Positions 11,736-36,248 of a stretch of 64,000 nt of DNA are shown one piece after another. The stretch comes from Phaeosaccion multiseriatum. Its lineage: Eukaryota > Protista > Ochrophyta, other classes. Position 1 is the stretch's first letter. The number at the start of each line of letters is the position of its first letter. A model generated the notes under the pieces. That model saw only the letters and a program-made list of their open reading frames with translations. It made no database searches and was not told the origin of the DNA. The position numbers were made by a program, and so were the translations under genes. Location: NCBI GenBank assembly GCA_965112735.1, contig OZ218956.1, positions 3,348,001 to 3,412,000 of the forward strand, written 5' to 3'.

Positions 11736-12846
11736 CTACTTCGGCTTGGATGCGATGCGCTTATAGTCCCACTCGACACGCACGGGTGGGAAGGAGCCCG
11801 ATCGAAGCTCCTCCAAAGCCTGCTGGATCTGAGCCTGCGTGTTCATGACGATGGGACCGTGCCAAGCCACGGCTTCCCTGAGCTTCTTGCCCGCAAAAAG
11901 CATTGCCTTCCCTCCGCCGCTACTGCTACCCGTTCTCATCTCAATACCTCGCTGTTCGTCGGACGAAGCATCCAGCAGCACAACGCTCCCAGTCGGCACC
12001 ACCTCCGTCCGCGAGTTCAGACCCGCGCCGAGCTCTCCTTCATATACATAGAGCATGGCGGTGTCCAGGCCCTCGGCTACTTGCAGAGACGCCTGGCTGT
12101 TGGGCTGCAGCTCGACATCAATCATTTGCACTGGCTGGGTCGTCTCAAAGGGCCCCGTCACGCCAAACATGGTGCCCGCCAACACACGCGCCGTTGCTCC
12201 TCCTGTGCCTGTGCCTGTGGTGCCAACATCGAGCAAAGGGAGATGCTCCTTCGGCACTGTGCCGTAGCGAGGGTCGTTCATCTTTTGGGTGGAGGGCACA
12301 TTGACCCAGATCTGAAAGCCTTGCGTTACCTCTCCTTTCGAGGTCGCCCCTCCTTCCGCATGCACAACACCTGATCCCGTGGACATCCACTGCATGCCCG
12401 GCGTGGCATACGTCTCGCGGTTCCCCAAGGAGTCTCCGTGACGCCCTGTGCCACTCTTCAGGTAGGATGCAAGATGAAGGGGGAAGGAAAGGGAAAGGCA
12501 GCGTGTGACGCACCATCTTCGGCTGCCGCCATGTTGAAGTAGTCACACATCAGGAAAGGATCGGAGTCCTTGGTTGGTATTGCAGAGGGAAAGGCCTGTG
12601 GGTGGGTTGGGGGGTTGCGTGGTTGGGTGAAGGGAGGGAGGGAGGGAGGGAGGGAGGGAGGGAGGAAAGGGGGGGTCGATAGGGGGGTTCAGATAGCGTG
12701 TAGGAGAGTACGCCATTTGACTGAAAAAGAGCGCAAGCAGCCTTGGTGATTCACTCCATGGATCTCACCTGGTTGACAGTACGCTCATCCCCAAAGGGCC
12801 TCGTCAAGCCCTGCTTGGCAACACGCGTGATGCCCATGCATTTCAT
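11736..12846 (-). CDS. Pirin-family cupin protein, apparently with an internal deletion of the WHPHRG segment (possible pseudogene)
   Basis: PFGDERTVNQ|AFP...SDPFLMCDYF, then LASYLKSGTGRHGDSLGNRETY...MQWMSTGSGVVHAEG...GFQIWVNVP...AWHGPIVMNT. The start codon is uncertain. Confidence 0.8.
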
Positions 12847-13574
12847 CCCCTCTTCTTCCTCACACCTTGCCTTCGCACACACTGCCAACTGCTCGTGGTT
12901 TAGACAAGAGTAGAATCAAGAGGAGGATGAAAGGGGGGAGAGAGGATTGTAAGTCATAGAGAGAGAAGGAGAGAGAGAGAAGATTCGTAGAGTGCCATCG
13001 CAATACATACTTGAAGTTTTGGTATCTCGCGCCTTGTGCGACAAATACTTTCGAACCTAGCCGGCCTGTCGTTCCAAGCAGTTCCAGCTTGAGCAGTACG
13101 TGGAGACGGATGGCGTTGCTGCGAGTGTCGTCGTCTCACGGCCGCCCCAAGACGCCCGCGGAGGAGGCGGCCTCATCGGGGACCGGCCAGGCCAGAGGAC
13201 GAGGGCGACGAGGAGGACGAGGAGGAGGAGGAGAATATGGAGGAGAAGGAGGAGAAGGAGAAGAAGATGGAGATGGAGGAGAAGCTGCTAACCCTCTCCT
13301 CACCGGCGTTGTCCACAATCAGCAGGCGACGGAGACCCTTAGGGCCCGCCACGAGGTGAGCTATCCGAAGGTTGGAGCCGTTCGTAGCTCTCTCTAGACA
13401 ACCAACACGCAGGCCTAGGCAAGAGGGGTGGATATTCCTGCTTTGTGCGTATGTGTGTGTATTTTACGCCATGCTACCTACGGGCAGCCCCACGACAGAC
13501 GACTGACTACCGTGCTCCCCTGTCATGTGTACCCCACCACCAGTCATCCAGTGGAGCCAGCGCCAACTCTACCA

Positions 13575-13811
13575 CGAGGCGGGCTACATTCGACGCCAGA
13601 GGTACACGACCAAGTGGACTAATCAGAACGAGCCCGTGCGCAGCACCGGCAGCGCCTCCTCATTGAAGGTGCGCACGGGCTCGTTCTGATTGGTCCACTT
13701 GGTCGTGTACCTCTGGTGTCGAATGTAGCCCGCCTCGACGCCAGAGGTACACGACCATGTGGACTAACCTCCACGAGCCCGTGCGCAGCACCTCAACGAG
13801 GAGGCGCTGCC
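13575..13811. repeat. Direct-inverted-direct triplication; 68-bp-arm hairpin (13575-13642 / 13670-13737) plus a third, direct copy (13735-13811)
   Basis: CGAGGCGGGCTACATTCGACGCCAGAGGTACACGACC... is followed by its reverse complement with 2 mismatches, then by another forward copy. Confidence 0.92.
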
Positions 13812-14140
13812 CGCCAAGACCTCTTCTCTTGGTGAGTACGAGGCTCGCGTGCGGCATGTGCTGCTGGCGAACCTCCCCACCCTCATGGACTTCTTTCTAT
13901 GGTGCTCGGAGGTTCAAACGTCTCCGCTTCGGGACGTCGCTACATCCGCAGACAGAAAGCGTACGAGAAGATCGTGCACGATCTGACGGCGGGAGACCCG
14001 AGACCCGAGGACGCTGGTGGTGTGGGGAGAGCGACGCCAGCTTTTCTTTAGCTTTCCTCCTCCGGACGAGGGAATGCGCCACCACCCACAAAGACTCTCC
14101 GCAGCAAGGTGGCTGGGAGCAGCCAAGGGTGACGACCACC

Positions 14141-14266
14141 AAGGTGGCTGGAAGCAAGGGTGACGACCTTCGACGTGGATGAGTTCCGGACCTCCAAGCT
14201 CTGCCCGGCTTGGAGGTGCGGAACTCATCGACGTCAAAGGTCGTCACCCTTGCTCCCAGCCACCTT
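14141..14266. repeat. Near-perfect palindrome with 59-bp arms and an 8-nt loop
   Basis: 14141-14199 versus the reverse complement of 14208-14266 is 55/59 identical. A partial direct copy lies at ~14106. Confidence 0.92.
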
Positions 14267-15303
14267 CAAGATGTGCGCCATTCCCGCACGGGAGCAACCC
14301 ATTGGAGACTGCGACGTTGCCAGAACAGCAACGGATGTCCTCGCAGGCTCTGGCTGGGAGCGCAACGTGGGGGCGGCCATCAACATGTATCTATCTCGGC
14401 CGTTTCTCTTCCTCAAGTTGGCGAGCGAGTCGGGAGGCTAGCTAGGCCGGCAGCATTCAGGAGAGGAGCCCAGGCGGAAGCAAGGCGAAGGTGTAGCATA
14501 CTGTAACGAAATTGGGCCCCGCCCCTTGCTAGCCTACTGGGTAGCCAGGCTGGCCAGCGCAGTCCTCAGTCCGCGTGACTGGCTGAGGACGGAAGCCGCG
14601 GTGGACCTATCGAGGGCCCAACGCGGGGGGAAGTTCATTCCTACTCCCCCACCAACCGCGTAAGAGTTTCCTAAGGTTTGTTTCCCGAAGAAGGAATTGA
14701 TAACCATTTTTGTATCTCATCGAATGGGAGAATCAATGGGCCTTTACATGTAGGCAACAAAAACTCCTATCCTTTTTTTTTCTTTTCTCATCCTCTGTCT
14801 CTTTTGTAGCGAGTACGTTTAAGCAGGAGAGTGATAGAGCTATGGGAGCAGTATCGGTCTCCTCCTTCCACATTCGAATGTGAAATACACTAAGCTAAGC
14901 TATTAAACTATTTGCACCCCTTAGCAAAGGCTCGTCTCCCCCTTATTCAGCCGTTGACTTCTTCTTCTTCCTTGCCACGAGAGAGCTTAGCAGACCGTCC
15001 TGCTTACGAGCCTGCTTACGAAGTTCGGAGTCTTTCTTCTGCCCCCCAAGCCAGGAGACCAGCGTCATCCAAGTTCCTTCTCCTCTTCCCCCCCTCCTCA
15101 CGCCCCCCACCTCACCCCTCCCCCATCCCTCCTCCCCCCCTCACAGCCGCTCTCCCGCCACCTCCTCCTCCTCCTCCTCCTCCTCCTCCTCCTCTCTCCT
15201 CCTCCTCCTCCTCCTCCTCCTCCTCCTCCTCCTCCTCCTCCTACTCCTCCTCCTCCTCCTCCTCCTCCTCCTCCTCCTCCTCCTCCTCCTACTCCTCCTC
15301 CTC

Positions 15304-18300
15304 CTACTCCTCCAGCTGCATCTTGCCCCCTAAACAATTCAGATGAAACACCCTCTGATTGAGCCTCTCCGACCTCTCCGTCGTTGCCTCATACTCCTCC
15401 CTCAGTACGCGTAACGCCTCCACATCAAGCCCCGCATCCCTGTAACGCTTGAAACGGTTCTTCTCCCTAAAGTAGTCATAAATGTTGTGATACTCGTATG
15501 ACTTGTTGGTGAACATCCACCATGCATACCCGATGGTGCTCACCCCCAGACCGGTGAAGAAGGTCACCGGCTCCTGCAATACATTGGACAGAGACACGGA
15601 CGCGGGGACGGGTGGGGTGGGGTGGTGGTGGGAGAGTGGCGGTTGAGTATTGGAGGGATGGCAGTGGATGGTTGGTTTGGAGGCGTCGGGAGAGGTGAGG
15701 TGAGGGGAGAGCTACCGACCCAAGAGTGTGACCCAAGAGTGTGACCCAAGAGTGTGACCCAAGAGTGTGACCCAAGAGTGTGACCCAAGAGTGTGACCCA
15801 AGAGTGTGACCCAAGAGTGTGACCCAAGAGTGTGACCCAAGAGTGTGACCCAAGAGTGTGACCCAAGAGTGTGACCCAAGAGTGTGACCCAAGAGTGTGA
15901 CCCAAGAGTGTGACCCAAGAGTGTGACCCAAGAGTGTGACCCAAGAGTGTGACCCAAGAGTGTCAAGAGGTGTGGTCGTCCGCAGCATTGGAGTACACAG
16001 AGCCCCTCCTCCCCCCCCCAACCCCCTCCCAAAACCCTTAACGGTAGTTGACTTGAAACAACAACAACTGATTGACATATGGACGCACCATGATGTCCCA
16101 AGAGAAGTACACGTAGGACAGCCACCAGTAGAAGCCCGTCCCCCCCACCACTGTTCCGCTCAGCAGCCACATCACTCGGCCCGAGTAGGCGGAGGCCTGC
16201 CGGTGATGCATCGGTCCATGGGAGGGAGGGAGGGAGGGAGGGAGGGAGGGATGGAGGGAGGGAGGGAGGGAGGGAGGGAAGGAGAGACGGAGGGAGAGGG
16301 GCGACAAGAGGGCGTGAGAGAAAGGTGGGGGGAGGGTCTTAAAGGGGAGCATGGGGAGGAAGGGAGGGAGGGAGGGAGGGAGGGACGGAGGGAGGGAGGG
16401 AGGGAAGCAGGGAGGGAAGCAGGGAGGGAGGGAGGGAGGGAGGGAGGGAGGGAGGGAGGGAGGGAGGGAGGGAGGGAAGGAGAGACGGAGGGAGAGGGGC
16501 GACAAGAGGGCGTGAGAGAAAGGTGGGGGGAGGGTCTTAAAGGGGAGCATGGGGAGGAAGGGAGGGAGGGAGGGAGGGAGGGAGGGACGGAGGGAGGGAG
16601 GGAGGGAGGGAAGCAGGGAGGGAAGCAGGGAGGGAGGGAGGGAGGGAGGGAGGGAGGGAGGGAGGGAGGGAGGGAGGGAGGGAGGGAGGGAGGGAAGCAG
16701 GGAGGGAGGCAGGGAGGGAGGGAGGCAGGGAGGATGACAGGGAAGGGAGGGAGGAACGGACAGAGGGAAGGGAACGGGGGGAGGGCGGCAGGTTGAGGAT
16801 AAGCGCACCTGTCTGTCGCACAGCATCTTGACCTTGTTAAGGGGGTCGAGCTCCCTTCGGAGGTCCGCGGCCTCGGCCTCGGCATCAGCTGCCTTCCTCT
16901 TGAGGTGGCGCAGGAGAGGGCTGTCCATATCATAGCGAGAGAAGAAGCCCTCGATGGCCTAGCATGAACCAGAGGCATATGGGTGGTGGGGGGAGGGATG
17001 AGGGAGCTGAGAGGCGTGTAATAACTCAAAGGCATACGGGGGTAGAGGAAGAGACGGAGGGAGGGAGGGAGGGAGGGAGGGAGGGAGGGAGGGAGGGAGG
17101 GAGGGAGGGAGGGAGGGAGGGAGGGAGGGAGGGAGGGAGGGGGGGAGATAGGGAGGGAGAGGAGGGAAGGAAGGAGGGCCCCAGGCACCCAACCCAATGC
17201 CACGCTAAGCTATGCACGCACACACGCACCTCTTCGGGCCGTAGGAAGACGGTCTTGCTGAGCTGCTCGTCCTTGCTGAAGTGCAGCACCACCCCGACCC
17301 TCTGCAGGTCCGCGAGCACTCTCTCCGCGGCGGTGGTGCCGATGCCGCAGGAGCTGCACATGGCCACAAACTCTGCGTGAGAGATACTTCGACGCTTCAT
17401 GCCGCTGAGCACGTCACGCAGCTGAATCACCTTAGACTGGCGGGCGAGGGTTGGGTGGTTGGTTGGGCGAGTGGTTGGGCGGGTGTTGTGAAGGAGGAAA
17501 GGAGGCAGGGAGGGAGGGAGGGAGGGAGGGAGGGAGGGAGGGAGGGAGGGAGGGGGTGTCGGGGGGCTTCAGAGATGCGAGGTGAGGAAGGAAATTACAG
17601 CCTTCGCTCTTTCACTGACTGCCTGCCTGACTGACTGACTAAGAAAGCAGCAGTGGCAACACATTCAGTCCACGAGCTGAATCACCAACCCGCTCACCTT
17701 CTCGAGCAGGGCCGGCAGCTCCGTATGTCCCTCGGCGTTCTTGTCCTCGTCTCCATATACGGGTCCGTGCGTGGCAGTGACTCTCATCTCAGGCCGCCCT
17801 GCGATCTCAATGCGGAAACCCATGCCCACGAGCTCCGTCAGAGCCACGCTACACCCACGCACGCACGCACGCACGCAAGGGGGCAAGTACGCATGTTAGA
17901 GCGAGGAGGAGCTAGGAGTGAGGAGTGAAGGAGTGAAGGAGCCACGACACACTTTCCGCTTCATACAATAGCCTTAAGCCCCCCTCTCTTCCCCCCCTTT
18001 ACTCCCTCAACCCCCCTCACTGGCGTAGTACCTCATCTCACCCCCGCCCTGCCCTGCCTGGACATCATATGCCCACCCACTTACTTGTCCTCCAAGACCC
18101 TTCCGTCCCTGCCCTTCAACACCGCTTCGGCCCCTTCGTCCTCCAATGCCCTCCTCAGACCCTGCACACTCGTGTTGGGTTTGAAGGCAAAGTCCGTCTG
18201 CGTGAGGGTGGTGCCGTCATCGGCGGGCAGGGCCAGCGACAAGTGGTAGGACCCGCCCTTGTGGTGCAGGGTCACGGGTGTGAAGCCGCGGTAGGCAGCA

Positions 18301-19124
18301 GAGGTTGTGGTACCAACTGGATGTGATGTGTGATTCGATGTGATGTGTGATTCGGTGTGGTGTGGTGTGGTGCCCCAGAGGCGGAAGCCGAGGCACCCGC
18401 CGGCAGGAGTAGGATGGGAAGAAACGCACGCGCACACGCACATAAAAAGGGAGAGGAGGGGGAAGAAGGGAGGGAGTGAGCGAGTAAACGAGGCACACGT
18501 ACTGCACGTTTGAGATGGGGCAAGTTTACTGTGCTTGGGAGGAGGCAGACAGCTCGTTGTGTCTGACGCGGCGTATGGCGTAGCTCACACGCTTGCAGTC
18601 TCCACTCTCGTGGACCAAGGACCAAGCTGGCCGTTACCAAACTCTTCTCGGTACCGTTTCCTCTACCCCACCAGCCCACTCTTCCGTGCTGCTAAAGCCC
18701 GCTCTCTTCGTCCTAAAAGACGTGTACGGAAAGTCGCCTTGCTTATACCGTGATATTGTAGTCACCATCACCAATCGATAGATGCCTCGCACTCACCTGA
18801 GAGGCCCCGTTTCTGGAAGCGCTGATGAGGGATAGAGTTGACGAATGCGATGGAAGAGCCACTGATAGCTTGCCCTGGTGCTGCTATTCCTTCTACTGCT
18901 GCCCCTCTTAAATGAAGAAACAGTCGCTGCTCCCGTTGCTCCGTGTACGCAACAGAGCTCGCTGCCCTCACTGCTGCTCTCATAAGCGGCTGTTGAGGCA
19001 GTGAGACGAAGGAGGCGCTGTATCTGCTGCATGTGCTGCTGCTACCCCCGCTCGCAGCGCAGCCCCCACATCTTCCCAATCGGGAGACTACCCCTCTCGC
19101 CGCCCTGCTCCCACTGCTCAACAT
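15304..19124 (-). CDS. MCU: Mitochondrial calcium uniporter, 7 exons (19124-18797, 18316-18085, 17848-17698, 17430-17230, 16958-16809, 16196-16089, 15573-15304)
   Basis: Arg/Ser-rich mitochondrial presequence and a coiled coil. TM1-WDIM|EP-TM2 forms the DIME pore motif, split by the last intron. Confidence 0.92.
15717..15963. repeat. 13-bp minisatellite (GACCCAAGAGTGT) x19 in the last MCU intron
   Basis: Perfect tandem copies with no spacers. Confidence 0.95.
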
Positions 19125-19474
19125 TTTCTTCCTCGGGACGAGAGAGACTCAATCAGCCAATAGAGATGGAGGGCATTGGTTGTCTAGGACTCTGTAGAGC
19201 AAAGGGGGGCGGGGGGCGGGTCGCGTCGGGCGGCCGGATGTGCAAAACGACGAACGATCACAACTGGCGTGAAGAACCACATAGTGATGGTCGATGGAAC
19301 GGGATAAAATTTGCAGCACGCACGCGCCCGTACCACCAAAAATAGACCTGTCCAAAACTCTGTTGGAAGTACAGTACAGGAATACCGGGTACACGTTTAG
19401 ATGAAACTGTACTACCCTCCATGAAACTGTTCTACCCCTCCTCCACCCCATCCGTCTGTACCTCTATACCATCC

Positions 19475-31868
<12,394 letters not shown>

Positions 31869-32195
31869 GTCGGCTTCGAGTGGAGAGTGACGACTCAAGG
31901 AACATGCCTTAAAAGGAAAGGGCAGCAAAAGTGCTCGGGGGAGAGGGAGTGGTTACGCTCGGCTACCTTTACTCTTGGTCCACACGGACCCTGATCGCTC
32001 TTTCTCTCACGGCTGTGCTATACACACATACTGCTTGAAGAAGTCGTAACAGTGGCCCGGGGTTTTCTTTGTTTTTATTTACTTTTCAACTTTTCTGAAA
32101 CCACCTCATGTAAATGTAACGTGCTACCGCGACCTGCTCGGGGGGGGAGTGTAGGGTTCGACCCTCCATGACACACACACGCACACACACACGCA

Positions 32196-32240
<45 letters not shown>

Positions 32241-32241
32241 A

Positions 32242-32284
<43 letters not shown>

Positions 32285-32769
32285 GCACACACACACACAC
32301 ACACATACACACACACACACACACACATACACACACACGCACTCACATACCCACACTCACTCACACGCTCGCACACACGCACACACGCACACACACACAC
32401 ACACACACACGCACACACACGCACATACACTCACCCACATACGCACACACTCAAAACACACAGGCACACACACGCACACGCACACGCGCACACACACAAA
32501 AACAAAACACACCCACACCTACACACAAACACACAAGCACATACACACTCACACCCACCCTCACTCACTCACCCACACATTCAAACACACACACACACTC
32601 ACTCATTCACGCCCTCACCCTCCCCTTCTCAACTCCACTCTTAGTAGCTGTCAAACAGCCTACTGTTCACTCCAAGCTCCTCACCAGGAAGAGAATAGTT
32701 CAGTTGTAGATGTATATCTTATAATGCCCTGCCCTACCTGCACTACCTCCTCACCTCCCTGCATAGCCG

Positions 32770-32935
32770 TTCGGCCCCTGACAAGGCTCTGAGGCGACCC
32801 AGGCCAGAAACTCCTGGAACCTGGCCCGCTGGCGAGGCTTGGCAGAGCAGCCTTGGCCCTCATCATTGCCTTATTACATGGCTTTCCCCCAGAACCTGGA
32901 ACCTGGGTCGCCTCAGAACCTTGTCAGGGGCCGAA
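32770..32935. repeat. Inverted repeat with 34-bp arms and a ~98-bp spacer (MITE-like or hairpin) in the GPCR/prefoldin intergenic region
   Basis: TTCGGCCCCTGACAAGGCTCTGAGGCGACCCAGG (32770-32803) versus CCTGGGTCGCCTCAGAACCTTGTCAGGGGCCGAA (32902-32935): 33/34 complementary. Confidence 0.85.
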
Positions 32936-33624
32936 GCTGTCTCCTCCTCACCCTCTTGCTTGTGCACCCGTATCCTGTTGTCCAACGTCATTCCCTTGTC
33001 TCTCTCCCCACCTTGCCACACCTCGCCTTCAACCACACCGAACCAAACCTCATCTCTCTTCTAACTACGCACACTTCCCCCCTTTCTATTCCCTCCATGG
33101 GCCTCTTTGCTCCCTTCAGCATATCGACCCCATCGATTTCCCATGTCGAAGTTTTGACCCACACACTTACAACACACACCACACACACGCACACACACGC
33201 ACACACACGCACACACGCACACACGCACACACGCACACACGCACACACGCACACACGCACACACACACGCACAGCCACACACGCCTGGATGCTTCGGCGG
33301 CAGCTCTCCATCCTCCCATTCTACAGTTCTCGAGAAGGGAGACTCAGTGCAGCTCCAGCCATGCAGCTCCAGCCATACAGCCAGTTGTATGGGGGGCGCA
33401 TGGCTGGGGGGCATGGGGTGAGGCCTCTCACATATGATGATCATAACAAACATATCTTTCAATCGTCGATGAATCGATTTGAGGGCTTGATTACTTTTAG
33501 CGCACGCATAGATGGCACTTATCGGGTGTACTACCAGCCCTACTGCCTCTCTCTTTTTACCCTCTGCTGCTTGCTCCTCATAGTATTACGCACTGCCAAC
33601 TCTCTCCAGTGTTCGTTTGACGCT

Positions 33625-35597
33625 ATGGCACTGCAAGCTGGGGCAAGAAGGGGCATACCCTCCGGGGTGGAGCAGCCGGACGTAGATATTGACCCGTCCT
33701 TGCTGACCGACGGACAGTCGGAGCGAGGCATTCCCAAGGCCGTGTTCATCGTGAGTGGCGAGGGGGGGGGTCTCCTGCCTATATTACTACCATGTTCGGA
33801 TAGGGGCAAGTGGTGGGGCAAAAAGAGGCGAAAGGGGGTGATTTGGGAAAGAAAAGGTGAAGACCAGGTTGGGCGGGTGTCTTGGTCAACGTAGCGTGGC
33901 CTTTGCAGAAATGGAGGGGAGACCGGGACACACCATGAGGAGGGAGGGAGAGAGAGACAGAAGGAGAGAGTCCCACTGAAAAGTCTGCGATAGGCAAGTA
34001 CGCTCGCTGCAGTGGCTCCTCCTCCTCTCCCCCCTCCTAACTGTGTCGCCCCTCTCTCCCTCCTCTCCCACTTCGTCTTCCCCCCATGCCCTCCTCCTTC
34101 TCCTGCTCCATCTGTACCGTGCTACGTGCGAACCACTGGACCTGCTTGGATACCGTAGGAGGATGTGCCCAAGTTCCTAGAGCGTTTAGGGGGCGTATCG
34201 GTGGAGGTCGCAATGGGGGCGTTCAATGAGCTGTACAGGTAGGACGTGCGGGGGAGGGGGGTAGGCAGGGAGGAGGGAAGGGAGGAGAGAGAGGGGCGGG
34301 GTTCACGTTCCCTTGTATACAGGTTGGACACCCTCTTTCTGCAAGAGCTGTGGAACGTGGCGTGGGTTCCTAAGCACGGAGTCTGGTCCTAATCGTTCTC
34401 GCCTCCTTTGTCCTCCCTTCCCCCCCCACACACTCAGCAAATACCGCATGTATGAGACAAATTTGGAGAATCAGCGCAGCACCACAAAGTTAGCCATCCC
34501 CGATATTGAAAAGTCGCTCGAGCTCGTCAAGATTATGCAGCAGAAGCAGGTGTGTGTGTGTGCGCGTGTTTTCTTGTTGTCTCCACCTCTTGCTCTCTCC
34601 CTCCCTCTCTCCCTCTTCCTCTCCTCTCTCTCCCTCCCTCTCTCTCTTCTCTTTCTCTCTCTATCGCTCTCTCCCTCCCTCTCTCTCTCTGTCTTCCTCT
34701 TCTCTCTCCCTCTCTCTTCTCTCTCTCTCTCTCCCTCCTCCCTCTCTCTCTTCCTCTCCTCTCTCTCCCTCTCTCTCTCCTCTTCTTCTCTCTCCCTCTC
34801 TCTCTTGCTTTGCTCCCTCTCCCTCTCTCTCTTCTCTCTCTCTCTCCCCTCTCTCCCTCTCTCTCTCTCTCTGACAGGACGTCGGCAAGGGGGCAGTGAA
34901 TGGAGTTGTGTGAAGTGACGTGGAGTGTGTGTGCCAGAAAGTCGACAAGGACGAGCGCGAGGAGCTCAGAAGGGGAGGGGGGTTGCCAGTCGAGCCGCTC
35001 GCAGTTGATTGGAACGACACTTCCACCCTACCCTACCTCCTTCCCAAAATACTTGTGCCCTCCCTCCCCCAGGCCGCCGAAGAGACGGTCGTCGCAGTTG
35101 ATTGGATTGGCACTCCTTCTCTAACCTTTGGTCCTTCTCGTTATGCTTCTACTCCGCCTCCCCCAGGCCGCCGAAGAGACTGTAAAGACGCACTTCCCCC
35201 TCGCTGACACCGTGTACGCCAATGCCGAGCTGGACAATGACGGGAAGGTAAGTGATAGAGGTAGGAAGGGAAGGAGTGACTGAGGGAGAGACTGAGGGAG
35301 CTTCCCTTACGACACGACCCCCCCTCCTCCCCACCCCCATCCACTGCCATCCCCGCCGCTGACACACTGCGCTTCATCAGGTGTGCATCTGGCTAGGGGC
35401 CAATGTGATGGTTGAGTACGAGCTGGAGGAGGCAAGAGCGTTGCTGCAGGAGAGGCTGGTACACTCAAATCGGGTTAGTCAGTGAGAGACACGCACACAC
35501 ACACACGCACACACATACAAACGCACACACGCACAAACGCACACACGCACAAAAGCGCATTATGGCTCTCACCCCCTGTACACCCTCCTGGTATATA

Positions 35598-35646
<49 letters not shown>

Positions 35647-35906
35647 GTGTATGCCTGCGTGCGTGCGTGCGTGCGTGTACATGTGCATGTGTGCACGCGT
35701 GCGCTTGCCCCCCCCCCCCCCCGCCTCCGTCGACTTTCCATATGCAGATGCTGGAGGACTGCAGGAGCGATCTGGACCTAGTGCGTAACCAAGTCACCAC
35801 CGCTGAGGTGAACATGGCGAGGATGTTTAACTACGACGTGAGAGCACGGAGAGAGAGGGACAGGGAGGCTGCGGCAGGGGCAGGGGCTATTGAGGCTAAG
35901 CCATAA
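33625..35906 (+). CDS. VBP1: Prefoldin subunit 3 (VBP1), 6 exons (33625-33750, 34159-34238, 34438-34549, 35167-35247, 35381-35473, 35748-35906)
   Basis: RGIPKAVFI|EDV, ELYSKYRMYE, IPDIEKSL, VCIWLGANVMVEYELEEA, QVTTAEVNMARMFNYDV. Confidence 0.93.
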
Positions 35907-36248
35907 CCGAGGTATGCAGGCCAAGTAGCGGGGAAGGAAGGAAGGAGGGAGGGAGGGAGGGGGCTTACAGCAGCAGCAGCAGGAGGAGGAGGAGGAGGAG
36001 GAGGAGGAGGAGGAGGAGGAGGAGGAGGAGGAGGAGGAGGAGGAGGGGCAACAACAGCATCAGCAGGAAGAGGCCGGCGACAAAAGGGCAGGGTGAAGAG
36101 GGAGGGGCGTATGTCCTTCTCTGGGGGGGACCCCATCGAAGTACTTTCGAACGGAAAGAGCGGCACAATTTTCGCACACGCACAGAAACAATGTTGTCAA
36201 GATTTTTGTATCTATTTACACCACCTTCCAGTGCCATCGCTTGCCCCA

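Larger units (their letters stand above)
13110..14441 (+). pseudogene. Decayed gene remnant disrupted by two fold-back inversions; ends in a UBA-like segment
   Basis: An exon-like piece has an acceptor at 13543 and a GTGAGT donor at 13832 (IQWSQRQLYHEAGYIRRQRYTTKW...). ATDVLAGSGWERNVGAAINMYL resembles a UBA-like motif. The frames do not join. Confidence 0.35.

Noticed and set aside
15717-15963. Regular repeat as a CRISPR array or telomeric repeat
   Set aside because: The 13-bp units are contiguous with no spacers, lie inside an MCU intron, and have no cas genes nearby.
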